Shown piece by piece: positions 29,607 through 39,423 of a stretch of DNA of 64,000 bases. Each line of letters begins with the position of its first letter. Within the stretch, counting starts at the first letter, position 1. The notes below the pieces were generated by a model. The model was not told the DNA's origin, made no database searches, and saw nothing but the letters and a program-made list of their open reading frames with translations. The position numbers and the translations under genes are program-made. The stretch comes from Candidatus Omnitrophota bacterium (GTDB lineage: Bacteria; Omnitrophota; Gorgyraeia; Zapsychrales; Zapsychraceae): NCBI GenBank assembly GCA_029261055.1, contig JAJDCA010000044.1:13867-77866 (forward strand). Direction: 5' to 3'.

Positions 29607-32168
29607 ATGAAAAAAATTAATCGACGTGATTTTTTCAAACTAGCCGGCTCCTCTGCTTTATTAGCCGGTTTATTCCCCGCCACGGGGTTCGGTGCACTAA
29701 GAGGAAATGTTAAGTTTAAACAAGGCGGCGAAGATTTTTCGCCGGACACCAACCGTATTCGAAAAAGCATTCCCTCTGCCTGCTGGCAATGCGTTTCGAG
29801 AGATTCATCTTTGTGTTATGTCGAAGATGATCGCTTAGTAAAAATTGAAGGCAATCCGAAAGCCATCCGCAATCGAGGTAAACTTTGTGCCAAAGGACAG
29901 GCCGGGATTAACCAGGTTTATGACCCTGATCGTGTTCTGTATCCGTTTCGCAGAAAAAAAGGAACGCCTCGCGGTGGTGGACAATGGGAAAGAATTTCTT
30001 GGGAAGAAGCTTATGATGACCTTACCAGCCATTTACAGCCTTTACTTGATAAAGGGGAACCAGAGAAATTTATGTTCCATTACGGACGAATGAAAGGCTC
30101 CGATAGTAAAATTGTTAAAAGCTGTTTTTTGGCGGCCTTTGGAACAAAGACAATTGGCAACCATACCTCTATTTGTGAAGCAGCTAAATGGACAGGTCAA
30201 GAGCTCGTTTGGGGTAAACATTACGATATTAATGATGTGGAGCATACCAAAATGATTCTTAATTTTGGGTGTAATTTTTTTGAAGCCCACACGTCCCATA
30301 TTCAATTATCACAACGCACAACAAATGCCCTTATGAATGGGGCTAAGCTGTACACATTCGATGTGCGCTTGTCTAACACGGCGGCTAAAAGTACGGAATG
30401 GCTTCCGGTGAAACCAGGGACAGATTTACCCATTATTCTGGCCATGAGTAAAGTCATTATGGATGCTGGGTTACAGAATGATGATTTTATTAATAAATGG
30501 ACTAATGTTACGCCGCAACAAATTAAGAAATTTTTGGATGAAGGAAATTATACCCCTAAGTGGGCTGAAGAACTTAGTGGTGTGCCTGCAGAAAAGATCA
30601 AAAGTTTGGCGATTCAATTTGCCAAAACAAGACCGAGTACCCTAGTTACATACAGAGGCGCTGTTGCGCATTTTCATGGCGCTAACGTGGAGCGTGCCGC
30701 AAAAATGTTGGATGCTATCTGTGGAAATATCAATATTAAGGGTGGAACAAATCAAGCCGTTGGGGCCTCATGGAAATATCCGAAACCAAAACATCCCCCC
30801 AAAGCGCATAAATTAAAAATTATTGATGGTGTTGGAATTAGTTTACCTACCCATCATGCCAGTCACATGGTGTTGCGCATGATTAAGGAAGCTCCGGCCA
30901 ATAAACGACCAGCAATTTATATGCATTATTGTTATGAACCGGTTTATGCAAATGGGAATGTGCAAGAAAGCATTGATATTCTCAAAGATGAAAGTATTAT
31001 TCCTTATGTCGTATCTGTAAATCCGTTTTATTCCGAAAGTGCCTCTTTGGCTGACCTGATCATACCAGATGTGACCTATCTTGAACGTTGGTCTTGGGAT
31101 GATATGGTTTCTTACGAATTGATTCCGGAATATTATCTTCGTCAACCTGTTGTTAAACCGTTAGGTGAAAGTCGACAGTTTCAAGATGTGTGTATTGAGT
31201 TAGCCAAACGGCTTAGGCTAAACGGGAAACCGTTGGATATGGGGGGATACACCTCGACGCTTGATTTTATTAAAAAATCTTGTGTCAAGACCAGTAAAAA
31301 ATTAGGTCAAACATTAGATTTCAATCAATTAGCTAAAGATGGTGTTTGGGTGCCTCAAGGATTAAAACCTAAATATCATGCTCATGCCAAAGCCCTTTCT
31401 TTAGAAGAAAAAGGCAGCATCATTCTTGATGAAAAGACAGGCACATTTTGGGATTGGAAAAAATCCAAAGCCAAGTCTGTTGAAGAGGCGAAAGCAAAAG
31501 GTTATTCAAAAACAAAAAATAGTTATAAAGGATACAAAGGGCAAAAATTCGACCATGGTATTTTTCAAGGGTTTAAACCGGACAAAGTGAATAAATCCGG
31601 AAAATTTGAAATTTATTCAGAAATTATGAAGGATAAAGGATTTAATCCTTGGCCAGTATGGGAAGCTATTCCTGAACATAAAAAAATGGCGGCCAACGAA
31701 TTAATTTTGACTTCATTCAAAGTGGCGGTGCAAGCACACTCCCGTACACAAAACTGTAAATGGTTAACCGAATTATATCATGATAACCCTGCCTGGTTAA
31801 ATACGGTTACGGCTAATCGTTTGGGTTTGAAAGATGGCGATGCTATTGAAGTAAGTCAAGTTAAAAAGTCGTCAGGCAAATCAAATTACACGCAGCCTGT
31901 TAAAAAATCCATTCAAACCAAGGTTCGTGTTACAGAAGGTATTCACCCCGGGACAATAAGTATTTCTCACCATATGGGACATTGGCAGTATGGTTTGATG
32001 GCTTCCGGTAAAAAAGCCGCCACGGGGCATGTGGCGGATGAAGATCGAAAACATAAATGGTGGAAAGAAAAAGGAGTGCATGTGAATTGGATTATCCCTA
32101 ACGCTCCGGATCCCATCAGCGGACAAATTCGCATGAGCGACACGGTCGTAACAGTGAGTAAAGTTTAA
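29607..32168 (+). CDS. Periplasmic bis-MGD molybdoenzyme catalytic subunit (Psr/Phs/Ttr/Arr clade; substrate unassigned)
   Basis: 853 aa. TAT signal (RRDFFKLAGSSALLAG). N-terminal Cys cluster CWQCVSRDSSLC ... C. Candidate Mo-ligand Cys in TSICEAAKW. C-terminal molybdopterin-binding barrel. Confidence 0.85.
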   Translation: MKKINRRDFFKLAGSSALLAGLFPATGFGALRGNVKFKQGGEDFSPDTNRIRKSIPSACWQCVSRDSSLCYVEDDRLVKIEGNPKAIRNRGKLCAKGQAGINQVYDPDRVLYPFRRKKGTPRGGGQWERISWEEAYDDLTSHLQPLLDKGEPEKFMFHYGRMKGSDSKIVKSCFLAAFGTKTIGNHTSICEAAKWTGQELVWGKHYDINDVEHTKMILNFGCNFFEAHTSHIQLSQRTTNALMNGAKLYTFDVRLSNTAAKSTEWLPVKPGTDLPIILAMSKVIMDAGLQNDDFINKWTNVTPQQIKKFLDEGNYTPKWAEELSGVPAEKIKSLAIQFAKTRPSTLVTYRGAVAHFHGANVERAAKMLDAICGNINIKGGTNQAVGASWKYPKPKHPPKAHKLKIIDGVGISLPTHHASHMVLRMIKEAPANKRPAIYMHYCYEPVYANGNVQESIDILKDESIIPYVVSVNPFYSESASLADLIIPDVTYLERWSWDDMVSYELIPEYYLRQPVVKPLGESRQFQDVCIELAKRLRLNGKPLDMGGYTSTLDFIKKSCVKTSKKLGQTLDFNQLAKDGVWVPQGLKPKYHAHAKALSLEEKGSIILDEKTGTFWDWKKSKAKSVEEAKAKGYSKTKNSYKGYKGQKFDHGIFQGFKPDKVNKSGKFEIYSEIMKDKGFNPWPVWEAIPEHKKMAANELILTSFKVAVQAHSRTQNCKWLTELYHDNPAWLNTVTANRLGLKDGDAIEVSQVKKSSGKSNYTQPVKKSIQTKVRVTEGIHPGTISISHHMGHWQYGLMASGKKAATGHVADEDRKHKWWKEKGVHVNWIIPNAPDPISGQIRMSDTVVTVSKV

Positions 32169-32788
32169 TGATTCAAATGACAGACATATCCATCCAGGAA
32201 CAAGCCGGTATTTATGCTTTTTTAAAAATGGTTTTTGCCACGGAACCATCATCGGCTTTACTGGCATACCTGCAAACGCCTGCGGTCTTAGAAAGTTTTA
32301 AGGTCGCAGGCGTCTGTATTGAAAAAAAAGAACTCGATGTATCAGAATTGTCAAAATTGCAAGCAGATTACACCCAATTATTCATTGGTCCCAAAAAGCA
32401 CATTGCCCTCAATGAAGCAATTTACATCGAACAAACACCACAGTTTTGGGGAGAGGCGACTGTTCAACTTAATAAACTTATTAAATATCTTGGCCTGGAA
32501 TTAGATGAACATTGGACAAGGATGCCTGATCATATTGCTATTGAGTTTGAACTCATGCAAAAATTGTTGGAAGCAAAAATTAAAGCCGTGGATTCAAATG
32601 ATCAGTCAAGTGTTGAGCAATGTACCAAAGCGATAAACAATCTATTTAAAGATCACATTATTAAATGGGTCCCCCAAGTTTGCACCCAAGTGATTGATCG
32701 TGCTCAGACAAATACATACAAAGCTATCGGCACGTGGACAAAAATGTTTATAGAATTTTCACAAGAAATTCATAAAAATTTCACATAA
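32168..32788 (+). CDS. TorD/DmsD-family redox-enzyme maturation chaperone
   Basis: 206 aa cytoplasmic protein. TAATG overlap with the catalytic subunit. All-helical TorD-like composition. Confidence 0.65.
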   Translation: MIQMTDISIQEQAGIYAFLKMVFATEPSSALLAYLQTPAVLESFKVAGVCIEKKELDVSELSKLQADYTQLFIGPKKHIALNEAIYIEQTPQFWGEATVQLNKLIKYLGLELDEHWTRMPDHIAIEFELMQKLLEAKIKAVDSNDQSSVEQCTKAINNLFKDHIIKWVPQVCTQVIDRAQTNTYKAIGTWTKMFIEFSQEIHKNFT

Positions 32789-32837
32789 TTAAACTATACT
32801 TATCCAAAAAAAATCAACAAAATACAAAGGAGGGAAA

Positions 32838-34088
32838 ATGAATTCAAAAAAATGGCCCATATTGGGGTTATGCCTTGGGGTAGCATTATTAGTCGCTTCC
32901 TCAACATCATTTGCAGGGGAGATTGATATCTTGGTCGATAAATTAGTCGAAAAAGGAATCCTTACGCGAAGTGATGCGACTGAAATTCTATCGGAAACAC
33001 GACAAGAAGCAGCTCGCCAGGCAAAACAAGTAGCACCTTCTGACGTGCCCAAATGGGTGAATAAAATAAAACTCAAAGGGGATTTAAGGTTACGTTATGA
33101 GCATAAAGAAAAGAGAGGCGTTAATGACATTGAACGTGGAAGAGTCAGATATCGTCTTGGGATTGAATCAAAAATTGTGGATAAGGTGACTGTTGGTGCT
33201 GGATTGGCTTCCGGCAGTGATAGTAGTACAAGCGCACGTTCAACTAATCAAGACCTACAAGACGTGTTTAGTACAAAATCAATTAATTTAGATTATGCTT
33301 ATTTTGAATATGAGCCATATGAATGGATGAGTATGGTAGGGGGTAAATTCAAACGAAAGAAATATCTTTGGGCTCCAAGTGATTTACTTTGGGATGGAGA
33401 TATTAATCCTGAAGGGGTGTCCTTTCAATTTAAACATGAACTGGTGGATAATGTCCAAGGTTTTGCCAATACTGGTTTTTGGATTTTGGACGAATCAACA
33501 GGCGACACCTCCGATCCATATCTCGCGTATATTCAACCCGGGGTCAAAGCTAAATTTAGCGATTTAGGTGCGGATGCTAAAGTAGCTGTAACCTATTATG
33601 ATTTTGGTAATGTTAAAGGGGCTACGTTAGATGGCGCATTGGGAGACAACAGTACCGATAGTGGTGGAGGATTAGCTTTCAGATATAATCCTATTGCGGT
33701 AGCTGCTGAGGTAGGGATTGAAGAGCCTTTTGATTTACCTGTCCCAAGAGTTGCTGCCTTCGGTGAATTTGTTCATAACCCTGATCCAGATGATGAAAAT
33801 AATGGATGGTTACTGGGGCTTAAATTGGGCGATAAAAAAGTCAAAGATAAAAACCAATGGCAATTAAAATATATATTTGCCAGACTCGAAAAAGATGCCT
33901 TTCTTGATGTTCTTCCAGATGCTGACCGTTACAGTGGGGGAACAGATATCGTCAGTCATGAAGGTATTATACAATTCGGATTAAATAAAAATATTATGGT
34001 AGAGTTTGATTATTACCATAGCAATAGAGTTAATGCGGCATCAGCACCTGAAAATGTATTTCAAACAAGTGCTAATTTTAAATTCTAA
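32838..34088 (+). CDS. Outer-membrane beta-barrel protein (putative porin)
   Basis: Signal peptide. An N-terminal coiled segment is followed by alternating amphipathic beta-strands and a C-terminal ...ANFKF aromatic terminus. Shares an (L/I)RLRYEH motif with the ORF at 50918. Confidence 0.6.
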   Translation: MNSKKWPILGLCLGVALLVASSTSFAGEIDILVDKLVEKGILTRSDATEILSETRQEAARQAKQVAPSDVPKWVNKIKLKGDLRLRYEHKEKRGVNDIERGRVRYRLGIESKIVDKVTVGAGLASGSDSSTSARSTNQDLQDVFSTKSINLDYAYFEYEPYEWMSMVGGKFKRKKYLWAPSDLLWDGDINPEGVSFQFKHELVDNVQGFANTGFWILDESTGDTSDPYLAYIQPGVKAKFSDLGADAKVAVTYYDFGNVKGATLDGALGDNSTDSGGGLAFRYNPIAVAAEVGIEEPFDLPVPRVAAFGEFVHNPDPDDENNGWLLGLKLGDKKVKDKNQWQLKYIFARLEKDAFLDVLPDADRYSGGTDIVSHEGIIQFGLNKNIMVEFDYYHSNRVNAASAPENVFQTSANFKF

Positions 34089-34111
34089 TTAATACGACTA
34101 ATTTTTTGGTC

Positions 34112-34148
34112 ATAAGGGGGCATTATTAATTTAATAATGCCCCCTTAT
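34112..34148. repeat. Perfect 18-bp-arm inverted repeat (ATAAGGGGGCATTATTAA / TTAATAATGCCCCCTTAT), related to the GGGCAT..ATGCCC family
   Basis: Read directly from the sequence between the two OMP genes. No flanking U-run in either orientation. Confidence 0.6.
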
Positions 34149-34164
34149 AAAGAGAGGACCGTGT

Positions 34165-34821
34165 ATGTTTAAAAAATTATTGGGTTCTTTGGCTTTAACC
34201 ATGGTTATTGTTCAGACATGTTGGGCTTCACCCACAGGCTTAAATAATATACCGACCGCTGATGTTGTTCCAAAGAAAGTTTTAGTCTTGCAGGCTTACA
34301 CGGAAGTAGGCGATAATAATAAACCAGATTATTTTACAGGATTTAAATATTCTCCATTAGAAAATCTGGAAGTCGGTTTAGATGGGCGTATTTTTCCAGA
34401 AGCTTCTTTGGAAGAGCAGCTTAAAGGGCAAATCAAGTACCGATTTAAATTTGGTGAACAGACCGCCGTTGCTTTTGGGGTTGCAAATTTGGGTGACCGG
34501 GCCAAATTAGGTTGGGAAGATTATTATGCTGTATTCACGCATGACTTTGGTTTTATTCGAGCTCATTTAGGCGGTACGCTGCAGCGCGATAATGAAGGAG
34601 GGTTTGCCGGACTTGATAAAACTCTTGAATTATTCGAAAAAGATTTAACTCTTAGAGCCGATATTATTGAAACAAATGATAGTCATAACATAACAAGCAG
34701 CGTCGGGTTTATCTATGATTTAGGTTATAATTTTTTATTAGAAAATTGGGTATCTTTTCCAACGCAGTCAGAAAAAGAAGATTTTTTTACCATAAAGATT
34801 GATTATGTGATAAAATTTTAA
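34165..34821 (+). CDS. Small outer-membrane beta-barrel protein
   Basis: Signal peptide (LALTMVIVQTCWA). 218 aa. Alternating hydrophobic pattern and a C-terminal ...VIKF terminus. Confidence 0.5.
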   Translation: MFKKLLGSLALTMVIVQTCWASPTGLNNIPTADVVPKKVLVLQAYTEVGDNNKPDYFTGFKYSPLENLEVGLDGRIFPEASLEEQLKGQIKYRFKFGEQTAVAFGVANLGDRAKLGWEDYYAVFTHDFGFIRAHLGGTLQRDNEGGFAGLDKTLELFEKDLTLRADIIETNDSHNITSSVGFIYDLGYNFLLENWVSFPTQSEKEDFFTIKIDYVIKF

Positions 34822-34934
34822 TTAAATTAATTCCCTAATCCCGGGCGACCTAAAATAAAAAATGTCATGGTTCCGGGGCGATACGGCAATGTTGGAAACG
34901 ACATTGTTTCCCGACAATTGGAAAGGAATTAGAC

Positions 34935-35894
34935 GTGAATAATGCTAATACATCATCATCCATAATTGATCCCCATGGGCGCTGCATTCATAAAATGCGC
35001 GTCCAATTGACCGATGCCTGCAATTTTCGTTGTTTTTACTGCATGCCAGCCCAAGTCAAATTCCTACCTTCCAAACAATTATTGTCTGCGACTGAAATTA
35101 TTGATATCTGTTCCGAGCTTACAAATGTAGGTATAAATGAAATGCGTGTTTCAGGTGGGGAACCAACATTACGCAAAGATTTTCGTCAAATAATTGAAGG
35201 CTTAGACGAATTAAATCTTCTCAAATTGGGCCTAACATCCAATGCATATTTTTTAGATAAAGAATTGCCCTTTTTAAAAAATACAAATTGTCAGCACATT
35301 AACATTAGTTTAGATAGCCTTAATAAACAGTCTTTTGCTCAAATAACAAAAACTAATTATTTTGATACAGTGTTCCAGACTATTTTGCAAACAAAAGCGA
35401 TGGGGTTCCACGTTAAAGTTAATGTTGTGCTATTAAAAGGTGTTAATGATGCAGAAGTTTTTGATTTTATTGAATTTTCAGCACGACATAAAATTGAGGT
35501 TAGGTTTTTAGAATTAATGAAAATAGGGCCACAAAATGCAAAGCATGAACACTTATTTATTTCCGCAAGAGAAATTATTCAAAAGATAGAAGGTTCTGAA
35601 AAATTAACGCCTCAATCAGTTAATTGTGATTCAACATCTTTTAACTTTACAACTTCCGCAGGAGCGCATATAGGTTTTATCGCTTCTGAATCCCAACCAT
35701 TCTGCCAATTTTGTTCAAGATTGCGTTTAACAGCAACCGGAATATTACGCGCATGCCTTATGTCTGAGGATGGCATAAACCTCCGTTATCGTAATAAAGC
35801 AGAATATGCCGCTATCCTCCACGATGTTGTTTCTATGAAACCCAACTACCGTATTGATCATATTGAGCAACCGATGTATCAAATCGGAGGATAA
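34935..35894 (+). CDS. moaA: GTP 3',8-cyclase (molybdenum cofactor biosynthesis protein A, radical SAM)
   Basis: CNFRCFYCMP radical-SAM motif. C-terminal Cys triad CQFCSRLRLTATGILRAC for the second 4Fe-4S cluster. Confidence 0.9.
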   Translation: MNNANTSSSIIDPHGRCIHKMRVQLTDACNFRCFYCMPAQVKFLPSKQLLSATEIIDICSELTNVGINEMRVSGGEPTLRKDFRQIIEGLDELNLLKLGLTSNAYFLDKELPFLKNTNCQHINISLDSLNKQSFAQITKTNYFDTVFQTILQTKAMGFHVKVNVVLLKGVNDAEVFDFIEFSARHKIEVRFLELMKIGPQNAKHEHLFISAREIIQKIEGSEKLTPQSVNCDSTSFNFTTSAGAHIGFIASESQPFCQFCSRLRLTATGILRACLMSEDGINLRYRNKAEYAAILHDVVSMKPNYRIDHIEQPMYQIGG

Positions 35895-35899
35895 TCAAA

Positions 35900-37033
35900 T
35901 TGCACAAACAAAAACAAAATTATACATACCACCCTTTTGAATTAGCTTTCTGCGGTTATTCCAATTCCGGAAAAACCACACTGATCACACAACTTATTAA
36001 GACTCTTTCCAAGAAATATAAAATTGGATACATCAAACACGACGTCCATAAATTTTGCATGGATCACGAAGGCAAGGATACTTATCAGGTTCGAAAGAGT
36101 GGTGCGCATACTGTTTTTATCAGTGATTCCGAACATAGTGCGTGTATTCATGGATCGAGCCAGAATTTATTCGCACATCAACCTATTTTTCTGGAATCGG
36201 ATATTGTTTTAGTAGAAGGATATAAATCATCCGATATACCAAAAATTGTGTTGCTGGATAAGGATAAAACCATCTTAGAAGATTTAAAGAATCAGAAATT
36301 TACGAATATTGTGGCCGTTGTTGGGCCGATGGATGTGGAGGATGATATTTCAGAAAAATACCCTTATTTCCATCGCGATGATATTGAGGGAATAAAGCAA
36401 TGTGTTCTCAGACATATATCTGATAAAATTAAAGAAACACCTCTTTACGGTCTTGTTTTAGCGGGAGGGCGCAGTACACGCATGAAAAAAGATAAATCTT
36501 TACTTAATTATCATGGCAAACCTCAAATTCAACATGCAAGCGAATTTCTTACAAAATTCTGCACCAAAGTCTTTATTTCAAATAGAGACGAGCAATCAGA
36601 AATCGCAAATCACAGTAAATCCCCTCAAATTCACGATACATTTCTAAATATCGGCCCTTTAGGCGGAATCCTTTCAGCCATGACCACGCATCCAAACGCC
36701 GCCTGGCTTGTATTGGCCTGTGATTTACCTTTTATCACGGATCAGACAATCGAATATTTGATCAAAAATCGACATCCATTTAAGTTTGGCTCAGCCTATA
36801 AAAGCGCACAAAATGACCTTCCCGAACCCTTATGCGCTATTTATGAACCAAAATTCAGACCACGCCTGTTCCAATTTCTAGGCCAAGGCCTTCAATGCCC
36901 TCGAAAAATCCTCATAAACTCCGATATTGCCCTTTTTGACCTTCCAGAAAAATCCGCCTTGAATAATGTTAATCATCCTGAAGAATATGTTGAAACCAAA
37001 AATATTCTATCAACAAACCGCGCAAAATTTTAG
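35900..37033 (+). CDS. mobBA: Fused MobB (GTP-binding) - MobA (molybdenum cofactor guanylyltransferase)
   Basis: N-terminal Walker A (GYSNSGKTTLI, MobB-like). C-terminal LAGGRSTRM and LACDLPF motifs of MobA. Confidence 0.8.
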   Translation: MHKQKQNYTYHPFELAFCGYSNSGKTTLITQLIKTLSKKYKIGYIKHDVHKFCMDHEGKDTYQVRKSGAHTVFISDSEHSACIHGSSQNLFAHQPIFLESDIVLVEGYKSSDIPKIVLLDKDKTILEDLKNQKFTNIVAVVGPMDVEDDISEKYPYFHRDDIEGIKQCVLRHISDKIKETPLYGLVLAGGRSTRMKKDKSLLNYHGKPQIQHASEFLTKFCTKVFISNRDEQSEIANHSKSPQIHDTFLNIGPLGGILSAMTTHPNAAWLVLACDLPFITDQTIEYLIKNRHPFKFGSAYKSAQNDLPEPLCAIYEPKFRPRLFQFLGQGLQCPRKILINSDIALFDLPEKSALNNVNHPEEYVETKNILSTNRAKF

Positions 37034-37077
37034 AATGATTCACTTGACGAAATTAAATCGTGCAGTAGAATATTTTT

Positions 37078-38952
37078 ATGCCGCTCAAAGTCCGCATTCC
37101 GGATGACAATTATTGGAAAGAACAAATTAAATGTCAATATGCCTGCCCGGTACACACCGATGCACGTGGATACGTGCGTGCGGTTGCAGACGGAGATTTT
37201 GACAAGGCTTATCTCATTGCACGTGCACCAAATCCGTTAGCCTCGATTTGCGGGCGGATTTGCGGGGCACCGTGTGAAGCGGCTTGTCGACGTGGCAGCG
37301 TGGATAAAAGTATTTCGATTCGTGCGCTTAAACGTTCCGCTGTTGACCATCATCAATACCAAGACAACCAGCCGCTTAATCTCATCCAAAAAATAAAAAC
37401 ATCCTTACAAAATCGTGATTGTTCCGACCTTGAAGATTTAGGTGGGTTATTCCAGAATTTTGATAATCAAAAAATGCCTAAAACAGAGGGGCAAAGCATT
37501 GGCATTATCGGCTCCGGCCCGGCGGGATTAGCTGCCGCGCATGATTTGGCCCTGATGGGATTTTCTGTCATCATTTATGAAATGGAATCGGTCCCGGCAG
37601 GGATGTTGTATTTAGGGGTGCCGGCCTACCGTCTTCCGCGTGAACTCATCGAGGCGGAGGTAGATGTCATTAAAGCTTTAGGTGTTGAAATCAAAACGAA
37701 TTGTACTATTGGTAAAGATATTACTTTTGATGCTTTACGCAAAAAACATCAAGCGGTTATTATTGCGGTCGGATGCAAGAAGTCTCGTTCAATTCCGTTG
37801 CCAGGAATTGACGCCGAAGGGGTGATTGGTGGTGTCGAATTTTTAAGAGATGTTTCTCTGAATTTACCGCATACCATCGGGAATAAAGTCGTCGTGATCG
37901 GTGGTGGTAACGTGGCCTATGATGTGGCCCGTTCGGCTCTTCGACAACAACAAATGGATGTGGCCGCCACGGCCTTGCATGAACGCGAAGGGATTAAGGT
38001 TACTTTGTCTTGTTTAGAACGGGAAGATGAAATGTTGGCGGATGAAATTGAAATCTTAGAAGGGGAAGAAGAAGGGGTCACTCGACAAAATGGGTATGGT
38101 CCTCAGGAAGTTTTAACAAAAAATAATAAAGTAACCGGTGTGGTATTCCATAAAGTGATTTCTATTTTTGATGAAAATAAACAATTTAATCCAAAATATG
38201 ATCCCAATCAATCCATCACAATTGAAGCGGACACAGTTTTATTGTCCGTGGGGCAACGTTCTGATATTTCTTTTGTAGATCCCAAAAAAGACGGCGTAAC
38301 GATTAATGATAGGGGGATTATGACGTGTGACCCTGACACTCTGGAAACGACGGCGTCGGGTGTTTTTCTTGCGGGTGATTTGGCGCATGGACCGCGACTC
38401 ATGATTGATGCGATTGCCAGCGGTAAAAAAGTAGCCCGTTCAATTTATCAAAAATTAATAGGCACAGCCTTTTCGTTTGACAGCAAACAAACGCATGTTC
38501 CTATTGAAAATTATTCGCGCGAGGCCGGTTACGAAAAAATTCGCAGACAAGTCTTGCAATCCGTAGAAGTTACCGATAGAATTTATAATCATACAACGGT
38601 GGTTGAAAAAGGTTTCACCTGTGGCCAGGCCAAGGTGGAAGGGGCCCGTTGTTTTGATTGCAGTGTCAACACGATCTTTGACGGTAATAAATGTATTCTT
38701 TGCGGTGGGTGTGTGGATGTGTGTCCTGAATTATGCCTTAAACTTGTTCCGATCGATGAACTCGATGGCGATAAAACATTTTCCGAATTAACAAATATTG
38801 TTAAAGAACAAAAATCCACTGATGAGTTAACTGCTATTATTAAAGATGAAGAAAAATGTATTCGGTGTTCCTTATGTGCCATTCGTTGTCCGGTTGATGC
38901 CATTACGATGGAACGATTTTCGTTTACAACAGCTACGTGTCAAAAAAAATAA
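37078..38952 (+). CDS. GltD-like NAD(P)H/FAD oxidoreductase with N- and C-terminal iron-sulfur domains
   Basis: 624 aa. N-terminal Cys clusters (CQYACPVHTDARG, CGRICGAPCEAAC) as in the glutamate synthase small subunit. Two Rossmann motifs (IGIIGSGPAGLAAA, VVVIGGGNVAYD). C-terminal 2x[4Fe-4S] (CILCGGCVDVCP, CIRCSLCAIRCP). Confidence 0.8.
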   Translation: MPLKVRIPDDNYWKEQIKCQYACPVHTDARGYVRAVADGDFDKAYLIARAPNPLASICGRICGAPCEAACRRGSVDKSISIRALKRSAVDHHQYQDNQPLNLIQKIKTSLQNRDCSDLEDLGGLFQNFDNQKMPKTEGQSIGIIGSGPAGLAAAHDLALMGFSVIIYEMESVPAGMLYLGVPAYRLPRELIEAEVDVIKALGVEIKTNCTIGKDITFDALRKKHQAVIIAVGCKKSRSIPLPGIDAEGVIGGVEFLRDVSLNLPHTIGNKVVVIGGGNVAYDVARSALRQQQMDVAATALHEREGIKVTLSCLEREDEMLADEIEILEGEEEGVTRQNGYGPQEVLTKNNKVTGVVFHKVISIFDENKQFNPKYDPNQSITIEADTVLLSVGQRSDISFVDPKKDGVTINDRGIMTCDPDTLETTASGVFLAGDLAHGPRLMIDAIASGKKVARSIYQKLIGTAFSFDSKQTHVPIENYSREAGYEKIRRQVLQSVEVTDRIYNHTTVVEKGFTCGQAKVEGARCFDCSVNTIFDGNKCILCGGCVDVCPELCLKLVPIDELDGDKTFSELTNIVKEQKSTDELTAIIKDEEKCIRCSLCAIRCPVDAITMERFSFTTATCQKK

Positions 38953-38955
38953 TTT

Positions 38956-39417
38956 ATGTCAAATTCTAACAAAAAAATAACCCGGAGAGATTTCTTAGGG
39001 TTATCTGCTTTGTGGACATGCCTTGCCGCATGGTTTTTCACATTTCTCGGTCTTCTTAAATTCCCCAAACCTGCATTATTACCTGATGTATCTAATGTCT
39101 TTAAAATTGGCCGTCCTGACGATATTCCAATAGATAGCGAAAAAATTTATGATGATAAAAAAGTCCTTATTGTACGCGACAATGAAGGGGTTTCTGCTGT
39201 TTCGTTGATTTGTACGCATTTAGGATGTATTGTTTCGAAAAGCAAAGATGGATTTTCATGTCCCTGTCATGGATCAAAATTTGATACCAATGGGGATGTG
39301 ATTGCAGGACCAGCCCCTCGGGGATTAAGCTGGCTTGAAGTAAGTCAACTTCCCAGTGGAAAATTAGTTGTGAATGCCGGGAAACGTGTGCCGGAGGGGA
39401 CGAAGTTTGTAGTTTAA
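38956..39417 (+). CDS. petA: Rieske [2Fe-2S] protein, TAT-targeted and membrane-anchored
   Basis: RRDFLGLSALW twin-arginine signal/TM. CTHLGC ... CPCHGS Rieske boxes. Confidence 0.85.
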   Translation: MSNSNKKITRRDFLGLSALWTCLAAWFFTFLGLLKFPKPALLPDVSNVFKIGRPDDIPIDSEKIYDDKKVLIVRDNEGVSAVSLICTHLGCIVSKSKDGFSCPCHGSKFDTNGDVIAGPAPRGLSWLEVSQLPSGKLVVNAGKRVPEGTKFVV

Positions 39418-39423
39418 AATTAT

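Noticed and set aside
34112-34148. The perfect 37-bp palindrome as an intrinsic terminator for the porin gene
   Set aside because: There is no U-tract on either strand after the stem. I recorded it as a repeat/palindrome related to the GGGCAT..ATGCCC family instead.
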